The translations under genes were made by a program, and so were the position numbers. The notes beneath the pieces are model-generated. The model was not told the DNA's origin and ran no database searches. It worked only from the letters and a program-made list of their open reading frames with translations. Shown here piece after piece: positions 38,697 through 49,454 of a DNA stretch of 64,000 nucleotides. Where the stretch lies: positions 8,246,001 through 8,310,000 of the forward strand of contig OZ024752.1 of assembly GCA_964016885.1 (NCBI GenBank). Reading direction: 5' to 3'. Origin of the DNA: Eledone cirrhosa (lineage: Eukaryota). Every line of letters starts with the position of its first letter. Position 1 is the first letter of the stretch.

Positions 38697-38795
38697 CATG
38701 ACAATAAAAGCATTTCCACGGACAATGGCCAGATTCACCCGCTGCAACAGCCATCCCACCTCGCGGGACTCCTTCCTAAGACAGGCTGTTGACGT
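38697..38795 (-). pseudogene. Possible CRE-clade non-LTR element C-terminal remnant
   Basis: ESREVGWLLQRVNLAIVRGNAFIV resembles the QRxSxAxxRGNA terminal motif of CRE-type restriction-like endonuclease domains. Confidence 0.45.
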
Positions 38796-39227
38796 TCCAG
38801 TCTTGTGACAGAGCTGGGTAGTACGGAGTACAAGTACTTCCAGTCTTGTGGCAGAGCTGGCCAGTACGGGGCCCAAGTACTTCCAGTCTTGTGGCAGAGC
38901 TGGGCAGTACGGGGTCCAAGTACTTCCTGTCTTGTGGTAGTACTTCCAGTCTGGTGACAGAGCTGGGCAGTACGGGGTCCAAGTACTTCCTGTCTTGTGG
39001 TAGTACTTCCAGTCTGGTGACAGAGCTGGGCAGTACGGAGTACAAATACTTCCAGTCTTGTGGCAGAGCTGGCCAGTACGGGGCCCAAGTACTTCCAGTC
39101 TTGAGGCAGAGTTGGCCAGTACGGGGCCCAAGTACTTCCAGTCTTGTGGCAGAGCTGGGCAGTACGGGGTCCAAGTACTTCCTGTCTTGTGGTAGTACTT
39201 CCAGTCTGGTGACAGAGCTGGGCAGTA
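38796..39227. repeat. Complex minisatellite (about 43-bp unit plus shorter subunit)
   Basis: Repeats of GTACTTCCAGTCTTGTGGCAGAGCTGGGCAGTACGGGGTCCAA. Confidence 0.9.
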
Positions 39228-39477
39228 ACCCTCCAACCACTCCCCAGCTTTGCAAAGTTTGAAAATAATTGAAAATTTACCAATATCAGTATGAAGCTTC
39301 TAATGCTCGGAGCACTCCTTGAATTCTTAGAATTCTAAAGACATTATTGAAATATCATAATCTTTTATGGAATGTGTTCAGTTCATATTTCTACATGGAC
39401 TACCACCACAACGACCACCACCACCACTAACAACTCTGCCAATTAGCCACTTTTATGGTGCCAAGATAAAATCTTAT

Positions 39478-41487
39478 CTTTCCAAGACAAGATCTACCAC
39501 AGTCTAAGACTAACTATTCCAAGACAAGATCTACCACAGTCTAAGACTAACTATTCCATGACATGACTTACCACAGTCTAAGACTAACTATTCCATGACA
39601 TGTCTTACCACAGCCTAAGACTAACTATTCCATGACTTACCACCGTCTAAGACTAACTATTCCATGACATGACTTACCACAGTCAAAGACTAACTATTCC
39701 ATGACATGACTTACCACAGTCAAAGACTAACTATTCCATGACTTACCACAGTCTAAGACTAACTATTCCATGACATGTCTTACCAGTCTAAGACTAACTA
39801 TTCCATAACATGTCTTACCACAGTCTAAGACTAACTATTCCCTGACATGTCTTACCACAGTCTAAGACTAACTATTCCATAACATGTCTTACCACAGTCT
39901 AAGACTAACTATTCCATAACATGTCTTACCACAGTCTAAGACTAACTATTCCATAACATGTCTTACCACAGTCTAAGACTAACTATTCCATAACATGTCT
40001 TACCACAGTCAAAGACTAACTATTCCATGACTTACCACAGTCTAAGACTAACTATTCCATGACATGTCTTACCAGTCTAAGACTAACTATTCCATAACAT
40101 GTCTTACCACAGCCTAAGACTAACTATTCCATAACATGTCTTACCACAGTCTAAGACTAACTATTCCATAACATGTCTTACCACAGTCTAAGACTAACTA
40201 TTCCATAACATGTCTTACCACAGTCTAAGACTAACTATTCCATAACATGTCTTACCACAGTCTAAGACTAACTATTCCATAACATGTCTTACCACAGTCT
40301 AAGACTAACTATTCCATAACATGTCTTACCACAGTCTAAGACTAACTATTCCATAACATGTCTTACCACAGTCTAAGACTAACAATTCCATAACATGTCT
40401 TACCAGTCTAAGACTAACTATTCCATAACATGTCTTACCACAGTCTAAGACTAACTATTCCATGACTTACCATAGTCTAAGGCTAACTATTCCAATACAT
40501 GTCTTACCAGTCTAAGACTAACTATTCCATGACATGACTTATTACAGTCTAAGACTAACTATTCCATGACATGACTTACCACAGTCTAAGACTAACTATT
40601 CCATGACATGTCTTACCACAGTCTAAGACTAACAATTCCATGACATGTCTTACCAGTCTAAGACTAACTATTCCATAACATGTCTTACCACAGTCTAAGA
40701 CTAACAATTCCATAACATGTCTTACCAGTCTAAGACTAACTATTCCATAACATGTCTTACCACAGTCTAAGACTAACTATTCCATGACTTACCATAGTCT
40801 AAGGCTAACTATTCCAATACATGTCTTACCAGTCTAAGACTAACTATTCCATGACATGACTTATCACAGTCTAAGACTAACTATTCCATGACATGACTTA
40901 CCACAGTCTAAGACTAACTATTCCATGACATGTCTTACCACAGTCTAAGACTAACTATTCCATCTCTTACCACAGTCTAAGACTAACTATTCCATGACAT
41001 GTCTTACCACAGTCTAAGGCTAACTATTCCATGACATGTCTTACCACAATCTAAGATTAACTATTCCATGAAATGACTTACCACAGTCTAAGACTAACTA
41101 TTCTATGACATGTCTTACCACAGTCTAAGACTAACTATTCCATGACATGTCTTACCACAGTCTAAGACTAACTATTCCATGACATGTCTTACCACAGTCT
41201 AAGACTAACTATTCCATGACATGACTTACCACAGTCTAAGACTAACTATTCCCTGACATGTCTTACCACAGTCTAGGACTAACTATTCCATGACATGACT
41301 TACCACAGTCTAAGACTAACTATTCTATGACTTACCACAGTCTAAGACTAACTATTCTATGACTTACCACAGTCTAAGACTAACTATTCCCTGACATGTC
41401 TTACCACAGTCTAGGACTAACTATTCCATGACATGACTTACCACAGTCTAAGACTAACTATTCTATGACTTACCACAGTCTAAGACT
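39478..41487. repeat. 37-bp minisatellite (about 55 copies)
   Basis: Unit CCACAGTCTAAGACTAACTATTCCATGACATGTCTTA with 32- and 35-bp variants. Confidence 0.97.
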
Positions 41488-41669
41488 CCATATACACACA
41501 AATAATTAACCAAAACATATCAAGGTTAGAATTTTGTGTTTCTCAATAAGCTAGCTTAATAGACTTAATCTAAAGCCATAATAACCAAATAAAGATATAT
41601 ATATAGAAAGAGAAAGAGCCATGTATCGCACATATATACATATATCTCTTTATTTGGTTATAACGAGTT

Positions 41670-41955
41670 GCTCAATCTGATGTTAAGGTTCTCAAAATAA
41701 ATACTTTCAAAATCTCATAGATTCGATATTATGTGGGATAATTATGTGAGGTAAAAAGCCATGAAAGTGTAATAGTATATATAGAGTAATGTGAATCTTA
41801 TGTGCGATATTATGTGAGGTAAAGCCTTTACTGTGAAAATACAATACAGTAAATATAGAATAATGTAAATGGTATGTGAGATATTATGTGAGGTAAAGCC
41901 TTTACCATGAAAATATAATAGTATATATAAAGTAATGTGAATGCTAAAAGGTTAA
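41670..41955. mobile_element. Right part of the piggyBac-like MITE family with triplicated subterminal block
   Basis: CAAAATCTCATAGATTCGATATTATGT matches 22920-22945. It ends AATGCTAAAAGG followed by TTAA. Confidence 0.7.
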
Positions 41956-43227
41956 AATTAACTTGTCTAAGACTAAAGTTCTAGTTTGTAGAAAGGAAAA
42001 TAGGGTACAGGTGCCTTCTGGGAAATGACCATGCTTAGTGTGTAGGAAAGGAGTAGGTAGAAATTCCATTTTATGTCCTAAATGCAAACTATGGGTACAT
42101 AAAAGATGTAGTGGGATCACAGGTAAACTATCTAAGAACATAGATTTTACATAGGGCCGATGCTCAGGTGCAATAAGTAGCAAGTGCCCACAGGATACTA
42201 GCTCCTTCTATTGCTTAGATGGTTCTATAGAAATAGTGGACACTTTCCGTTATCTGGGAGACAAAATCAGCAGTGGAGGTGAGTGTTCTGAAAGTACAGT
42301 AGCTAGAGTTAGAGCGGGATGGAAAAAGTCCAGAGAGCTTATACCACTGTTGACCACAAAAGGTTTCTCTCTAAAAATGAAAGGCAGATTGTATGATGCC
42401 TGTATACGAACAGCAATGCTACATGGTAATAAGACATGGGCATTGTGTGCAGAGGACCTGCACAGACTGGAAAGGAACGAAGCATGCATGCTCCATTGGA
42501 TGTGTAATAGTAATATACGTGAACGGCAAAGCATAAATTAACTAAGTGAGAAATTAGAAATAAGAGGGATCAGATGCTGTTTACTTGAGAGGAGATTACA
42601 TTAGTATGGCCACGTGATGTGCATGAAAGACGACAGCTGTATAAAAAAGTACAGGGCGGTCAAAATTGATGGAAGTTACGGAGTAAGTAGACCCAGAAAA
42701 ACCTGGGACGATTTGATAAATTCTGACCTTACACACTTGCACCTCTCTAAGACAATGTCACTGGACCAAGATCTTTGGCGCTACGCAGTAATACAGAAGA
42801 CCCGTCTTGCCTATGTACAAAGCGAAACCTAGAGTCAGTAGGCACCTCTTAACCAAATATACACCCCATCCCACTACCCCTGCTCCATTCTCCCATTCCC
42901 ACCAACATCACCCTCTCTCTGTAGAGTTGGTAACATCCAGTCCAAATAAATGAGAAAATGAGATCGAGATCAAGATCGTGTAGGTGTCACGACAAAAAAA
43001 CACAGTCCACGCTGTAATGTGGCCGTGTAGGTAACACGGTAAAAAGTTCCCAATCGACACTGTAAATATGGTTGGTGTTAGGAAGGGCATCCAGCCGTAG
43101 AAAACCTGCCAGATAGTCTTATACAAGCGAGACACGGTCACCTGACCAAGCTTGCCTCAAATTGGGACAACTCCCGTCTAACCCATGCTAGCGTGGATGA
43201 TGGACGTTAACCGATGATGATGATGAT
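41952..43227 (+). mobile_element. 5'-truncated, stop-containing RTE copy (same family as 6300-10520)
   Basis: Colinear with 9149-10520, including the Cys/His finger, FRYLG, GRPRKTW-like motif and (GAT)n tail. It has several in-frame stops. Confidence 0.93.
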
Positions 43228-43336
43228 ATATATATATACATATATAAGCAAAGAGATATTTAAATCTACAAGATTTCTTCTGGAGTATAATATCAATGAT
43301 ATTAATACATGGAAACTATATTTATAAAACCATATT

Positions 43337-43397
43337 TATTTTATTATATATATTTCAAGTGTACCAAAATTTTGGTACACTCTCATCAGATAAAATA
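43337..43397 (-). ncRNA. Putative minimal type-I hammerhead ribozyme
   Basis: Minus strand: TATTTTAT-CTGATGA-[GAGTGTACCAAAATTTTGGTACACTT hairpin]-GAAA-TATAT-ATA-ATAAAATA. Intact core and palindromic stem III. Confidence 0.68.
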
Positions 43398-43484
43398 CAA
43401 AAATCGTTTCATAAATATTGACATATCATATATAATAAAATAAATATGATTTTATAAAGATAGTTTACATTTATTAATATCATT

Positions 43485-43485
<1 letters not shown>

Positions 43486-43523
<38 letters not shown>

Positions 43524-43670
43524 GCACATATATATATATATATATACATATATATACAGTGTAGTAAAAGGTTGGTAGAAATATATATATATACACTGTA
43601 GTAAAAGTTTGGTAGAAATATATATATATATATATACATATATATATACACTGTAGTAAAAGTTTGGTAG

Positions 43671-43707
<37 letters not shown>

Positions 43708-43735
43708 TATATACACTGTAGTAAAAGTTTGGTAG

Positions 43736-43772
<37 letters not shown>

Positions 43773-43800
43773 TATATACACTGTAGTAAAAGTTTGGTAG

Positions 43801-43847
<47 letters not shown>

Positions 43848-43898
43848 TATATACACTGTAGTAAAAGTTTGGTAGAAATATATATATATATATATATA
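43486..43898. repeat. Compound repeat: CTGTAGTAAAAGTTTGGTAGAAA x6 separated by variable (TA)n
   Basis: Directly visible in the sequence. Confidence 0.92.
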
Positions 43899-44334
43899 GG
43901 TGGAGGGCAAAAGCCCGGATCAAACTCTTATTTTCATTCATTCATTCGTACAACATAAACAGCTGTTTACTACTTTTTCCTTCTCTTTCTCTCCCAACAC
44001 ACACACCTCTACACTGAACAAGATTTCACGGTCGCTAATAAAAAAGGCGCGCGCACACACACACACACACACAGATGTTTGTGTGTGCGCGTGTGTTTAT
44101 GTGTGTGTGGAGTAATTTTTATTTATGCTGTTTGCGTGTGTGTGATGTTGTGTGTGTGTGCGTTTGATGTGTGGGTGTATGTGTGTGTGTAGAGTAATTT
44201 TTATTTGTTGTTGTTGGCGCGTGTGTGTGTATGAGTATGTGAGTGTGTGTGCGTGTGTGTATGAGTGTGTGTGTGTATGAGTGTATGTGTAGTAATTTCT
44301 ATCTGTTGTTTCACTCCATTTCCTCCATTCATCA

Positions 44335-45000
44335 GTGGAGACAGCTGATTGAAAGTTAAGAGGTTCACTTCTCCACCCGCAATCATAAGGTTTCCAGGTT
44401 CGATTCCACTGGGTGACATCTTGGGTGTCATTTATAGTCATATTGTTTCTACTTTTGGTACAAGGCCAGCAATTATCCCAGTGTATTACTGGTACTTTAT
44501 TTTATCGACCCCGTAAGGATGAAAGGCAAAGTTAACCTCGGCGGGATTTGAACTTAGAACATAAAGGGCCGTAACTCTTTGCTGCAAAGCATGGCGTCCG
44601 ACCCTCTACCGATACTGCCAATCCACCGCCGTCATTTATAGTCATATTATAACCTCGTGTCAACCCAAATATTTAAGAGAAATTGGGTAGGCAGAAACTG
44701 CATGGAAGCCCATCAGATCGACTGTAGGTAGGCAGAAGCTGCATGGAAGCCCATCGGATCGACTGTAGGTAGGCAGAAACTGCATGGAAGCCCATCGGAT
44801 CGACTGTAGGTAGGCAGAAACTGCATGGAAGCCCATCGGATCGACTGTACTTATAGTTCAATGGGTCAACCTTTTTCACGCAATGCAACCCTGTAATCTC
44901 CTTGAGAGTCACCTTAACGGCGCTCGTGTCTGTGGAATGCTCAGACACTTGCACGTTAATTTTTCACAAACAGGTTATTCTGTTCATGGAATAACTACAA
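44335..45000 (+). mobile_element. Older tRNA-derived SINE (family C) with nested SINE and a 4x internal tandem repeat
   Basis: B box GGTTCGATTCC at ~44397. GTAGGCAGAAACTGCATGGAAGCCCATCGGATCGACT is repeated across 44687-44848. Confidence 0.6.
44445..44630 (-). mobile_element. Full SINE (family A) with 18-bp TSD
   Basis: TSD GTCATTTATAGTCATATT at 44427-44444 and 44631-44648. Highly similar to 22993-23179. Confidence 0.92.
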
Positions 45001-45009
45001 GAGGAACAT

Positions 45010-45499
45010 CAGTGCCGGGTTTAGGACAAATGAGGTCCTGTACTAGTTAAGTTATGAAGTCCTGTGCTAGTTATGAGGCCCTGTACTAGTTAAGTTATGA
45101 GGCCCTGTACTAGTTAAGTTATGAAGTCCTGTGCTAGTTATGAGGCCCTGTACTAGTTAAGTTATGAGGCCCTGTACTAGTTAAGTTATGAGGCCCTGTA
45201 CTAGTTATGAGATCCTGTATTAGTTAAGTTATGAAACCCTATACTAGTTAAGTTATGAGGCCTTGTACTAGTTGAGTTATGAAGTCCTATACTAGTTAAG
45301 TTATGAAGTACTATGCTAGTTAAGTTATGAGGCCCTGTGCTAGTTAAGTTATGAAGTACTATGCTAGTTAAGTTATGAGGCCCTTTACTTAGGCCATGAA
45401 GGAGGTAAAATAATATTTGGCAGGAAGATGGGCTCCCCCTGGCCAACGAGGCAGGGCCCTGTGTTAGCAGACCTAAGTAAAATGGTAAATCCAGCAATG
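45010..45499. mobile_element. hAT-type MITE containing a 24/19-bp minisatellite (45031-45385)
   Basis: Imperfect TIRs CAGTGCCGGGTTTA / TAAATCCAGCAATG. 8-bp flanks AGGAACAT / AGGATCAG. Unit TGAGGCCCTGTACTAGTTAAGTTA. Confidence 0.6.
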
Positions 45500-45697
45500 A
45501 GGATCAGCAATAGTGGAACAGTAATGAAGGTGAATTCCATTCCGTTGGTGTTTAACAGCTTTTTCAATGAATGAGAGGAAATAGTTTGGTTGGCTGGAGT
45601 GACAGAGGTGTGATCAGTGATGTCGTCGTCATTATAAAAAAACATCATCGATCTATTGATGAGTCTCTTAGCTGCTTCCCTCCTTCCAATCATAGCT

Positions 45698-46212
45698 TTC
45701 TCTCTCTCTCTATTTCTTTACTCTTACTATTTCTCTTATTCATCTCCCCCTTCCTCTATTTGTAATAATATTCTCTCCTTCATTTCTCTCTCTCTCTCTG
45801 TCTTACGTTTCTCTGTCTTACGACTCTCTCTCTCTCTCCCGTTTCTTTATGTCTCTCTCTCACGTCTCTCAATCTCTTTGTCTGCCGTGTCTTTCTCTCT
45901 CTCTCCCGTCTCTTTCTTTCTCTCTCTCTCAGTCCATTCCCCCATGTCTCTCTTTCTTTACTCCCTTCCTCCGTTTGTAGTTTCTCTTTCTTTTACTTAC
46001 ACACTCACACCCTCTCTCTTGCTAGAGAGAGGGTGTGAGTGTATGTGTCTCTCTCTCTCTATATATATATATATGTGAGTCCTGGGTTCAATCGAGGGTA
46101 ACCACATTTAATAAGGTACTCAATACATTAGTAGAGTGTAAACATCAAGTATAATATAGAAATGGCTTCTACAGGATTAGAACTGTTTCATTCAAAAGAA
46201 ATCAAAAGAAAT

Positions 46213-46247
<35 letters not shown>

Positions 46248-47050
46248 TATTCTCACTTAATCAATCAAATCGTTTCTTTCTCTTTTTAATTGATTTTCAT
46301 CTTTTATCTCTTTCCCCTTCTCTTCTCCCCCCTTCACTCCTTCTTTCTTTATCTTTTCCCCTCTCATTCCTTGCTACTTCACTCTCACTCTCTCTCAATC
46401 TCTCTATTACTCTCTCTCTCTCAATGCTTTTGTTTTATCCAAATAACTCTGCCCCCCTCTTACACTCTAATTTCTCCACCTCCCCCTTCCTTCTTTTGTC
46501 ATTCTAAATTATTCCTTCTTTTCTTCCCCCCTCTATGTCCAGACCCTCACCTTCACCCCCCCCCCCCCCCGTTCTCTCCTCCCTCTACCCACCCTAATGT
46601 GTATGTCTCCTCCACCTACCACTATTCTCCTTTCATCTCTATCCTCTTCTTCACCTGCTTCCCTCCCCCTTCCTACTTCCTTTCTATTTACTCCTCCCCT
46701 TGTTTTCTCTCCCCCTCTCTTTTCTTTTCTGCCCTGTTCCCACCTCTCTCTCCCCCACTCTTTACTTTCTGTGCTCTCTGCCCCTCTCTCTACCCTGTTT
46801 CCACCTTCTCTCCCCCTCTCTACATTCCCTACCCCCTCCCTCACACCCATGTACTCTTATTCTTCCATTAATATTTTCTCTCAATCCTTGTTTTTCATAT
46901 TTCCCTTTCATTGTTACAAATTCTCATCCATTCTCGTCTTCTCATCCTTTCCCCTTCCATTCTTCAATTTACCTCATCTATTTCATTGCAACCCTCTACC
47001 TCATCTATTTCATTGCAACCCTCTACCTCACCATTTTCTCTTTTATCTCA
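45698..47050. repeat. Polypyrimidine (CT-rich) low-complexity region interrupted by a (TA)n-flanked segment
   Basis: Strong C/T strand bias at 45698-46060 and 46270-47050. Confidence 0.85.
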
Positions 47051-47093
47051 TGGGGGGGGGGGGGGGCGATCTTTTCATTTACTGATTGATTGA

Positions 47094-47660
47094 AAATTAT
47101 AGGGCTCTCACTTCAAATCCTTTCAAGGTCGATAAATAAAGTACCAGGCCACTTCTGGGTTTAAATTATAGGGCTCTCACTTCAAATCCTTTCAAGGTCG
47201 ATAAATAAAGTACCAGGCCACTTTTGGGGTTTAAATTATAGGGCTCTCACTTCAAATCCTTTCAAGGTCGATAAATAAAGTACCAGGCCACTTCTGGGTT
47301 TAAATTATAGGGCTCTCACTTCAAATCCTTTCAAGGTCGATAAATAAAGTACCAGGCCACTTCTGGGTTTAAATTATAGGGCTCTCACTTCAAATCCTTT
47401 CAAGGTCGATAAAGTACCAGGCCACTTTTGGGGTTTAAATTATAGGGCTCTCACTTCAAATCCTTTCAAGGTCGATAAATAAAGTACCAGGCCACTTCTG
47501 GGTTTAAATTATAGGGCTCTCACTTCAAATCCTTTCAAGGTCGATAAATAAAGTACCAGGCCACTTCTGGGTTTAAATTATAGGGCTCTCACTTCAAATC
47601 CTTTCAAGGTCGATAAATAAAGTACCAGGCCACTTCTGAGGTTTAAATTATAGGGTCGAT
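47094..47660 (+). repeat. 69-bp SINE-derived tandem array (about 8 copies)
   Basis: The unit contains TTCAAATCC and GGTCGATAAATAAAGTACCAG from the family A SINE. Confidence 0.9.
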
Positions 47661-47891
47661 GTTTCCTTTATCACTTTCTCTCTGTTTTTCTGGAAGAAAT
47701 CCGCCATGTCTACGATTGTCCCCTGCAACCCCAGGGGGAGTTTGTGCCACTCCCAAACTGTCTCGTGTGTGTGAATGTGAATGTGTATGTTGGTGTATAT
47801 GTATCATTTTGTTGTTGTTATTTCTACTGGTTCTAATCATTAGACTGGCCAAGCTGGGGCACCACCTTGATTTAGTGAATCATATCAACGC

Positions 47892-47938
<47 letters not shown>

Positions 47939-47957
47939 GTATGTATATATATATATG

Positions 47958-48010
<53 letters not shown>

Positions 48011-48030
<20 letters not shown>

Positions 48031-48676
48031 GACCCTTTAGCATTTAAACCAGCCGTATCCAGCCAGAATTCTCTCACCTCTTTCTGTTCAAACTGGTCAT
48101 AACCAGCTGCTCATACTGATGTAGATTTGATATTATGTGAGATAATTATACGAGGTAAAGCCTTTACCATGAAAATACAATAGATCATTGGGCTTGCAAT
48201 CGAAAGGTTGTGAGTTCAATTCTCAGACCGGGTGATGTGTTGTTTCCTTGAGCAAGACACTTTATTTCACATTGCTCCAGTTTATTCAGCTGTAGAAATA
48301 AGATGATAGTACTGGGGTCCCAATCATTCCACTGCAAAGTGGTCGTGGAGGTGCCATGGCAAAAAAGCACCAAGCATTCACTGTAAATGAGGTTGGTGTT
48401 AGGAAGGGCATCCAGCTGTAGAAATCAAGCCACAATCAGTTCCCGTCCCACCCTTGCAAGCAGGGAAAAGTGGACGTAAAATGAAATGATGATGATGATG
48501 ATACTATTGTATTTTCATGGTAAAGGCTTTACCTCGTATAATTATCTCACATAATATCAAATCTACATCAGTATGAGCAGCTGGTTATGACCAGTTTGAA
48601 CAGAAAGAGGTGAGAGAATTCTGGCTGGATACGGCTGGTTTAAATGCTAAAGGGTCTTATTTATATATATATATAT
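48011..48676. repeat. Perfect 173-bp inverted repeat enclosing a SINE
   Basis: 48011-48183 is the exact reverse complement of 48504-48676 by eye. The arms derive from the piggyBac-like MITE plus its flank. Confidence 0.92.
48184..48502 (+). mobile_element. SINE family B with RTE-derived 3' tail
   Basis: B box GTTCAATTC, core CCTTGAGCAAGACACTTT, then GGTTGGTGTTAGGAAGGGCATCCAGCTGTAGAAA and (GAT)n as in the RTE 3' UTR. Confidence 0.9.
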
Positions 48677-49204
48677 GGGGAAGAGGGTATGTGTGTGTTT
48701 TGTGTTGAAGATGAGAAAAGATTGGCACGGCCCCAATAGTGGATATTTTTGAGATCTGTTCAGAGCATCAGTGAAAATTTGACAGGAGTTATCACGATTA
48801 CATGTGGATGACAACTGGGGAGGGAGAATTAGGAAAGACTTAAGAGTGATATTATCTGCACAGAAGTGGACATTGTTAGAGTTGATGACAAAACTGGCTC
48901 CTAGGGTACACCAGTATATGAGATGGAGCCTCAGCTGTACTTATAGCAACAATACAAACATGAAGCCACCATTAGTGGGGAGTTTTGACAAAAGATTCAC
49001 ATGATAGATGTAGTTGAAAGCTTTATGTTAAAAGTAACAATGCTGCTTTTACTAAGTTTCTTGAGGATAAGATGTCATTGATGAATGACATAGGAGGGTA
49101 TGTCTGCAGTAGATTTGGTTTTATAAGAAGAGGGAAAACAGATTCAAGATGGTGTAGTAGGTTAATGGCAACCTAACCTTGAAAATGGTAGAACAGTAAT
49201 TGGT

Positions 49205-49350
49205 CAGAGCCAGACTTTCACCTACTGAAGTCCTAAGACTTTCACCTATTGAGGCCTTAACACTTTCACCTATTGAGGCCCTAAGATTTTTACCAATTGA
49301 GGTCCTGCCACTTTCACCAATTGAGGTCCTAAACTATATGAAATTTGAGG
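49205..49350. repeat. 24-bp degenerate tandem repeat, probably a hAT-MITE left end
   Basis: Starts CAGAGCCAGACTT, with unit ACTTTCACCTATTGAGGCCCTAAG about 5 times. Confidence 0.5.
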
Positions 49351-49454
49351 AACCTTCTGTAAAAAAATTTTAAATAATACATGACGATGACGATGATGAT
49401 GATGACGAGGCAGCATAAAAGAACTCTTCTTGTTTTATAATCATAATTATATGC

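Noticed and set aside
872-41487. CRISPR-like interpretation of the arrays
   Set aside because: Units are head-to-tail with no unique spacers, there are no cas genes, and the context is eukaryotic.
41965-41976. GTCTAAGACTAA shared by the RTE fragment and the nearby 37-bp array unit
   Set aside because: 12-bp match with no extension; may be chance.
44300-44340. CTGATGA...GAAAC on the minus strand as another hammerhead
   Set aside because: No pairing for stems I-III.
45385-45693. Minus-strand ORF with a transmembrane-like segment (FTFITVPLLLILIAGFTILL)
   Set aside because: The hydrophobic stretch crosses the right TIR of the putative hAT MITE, and there is no convincing splice or homology evidence.
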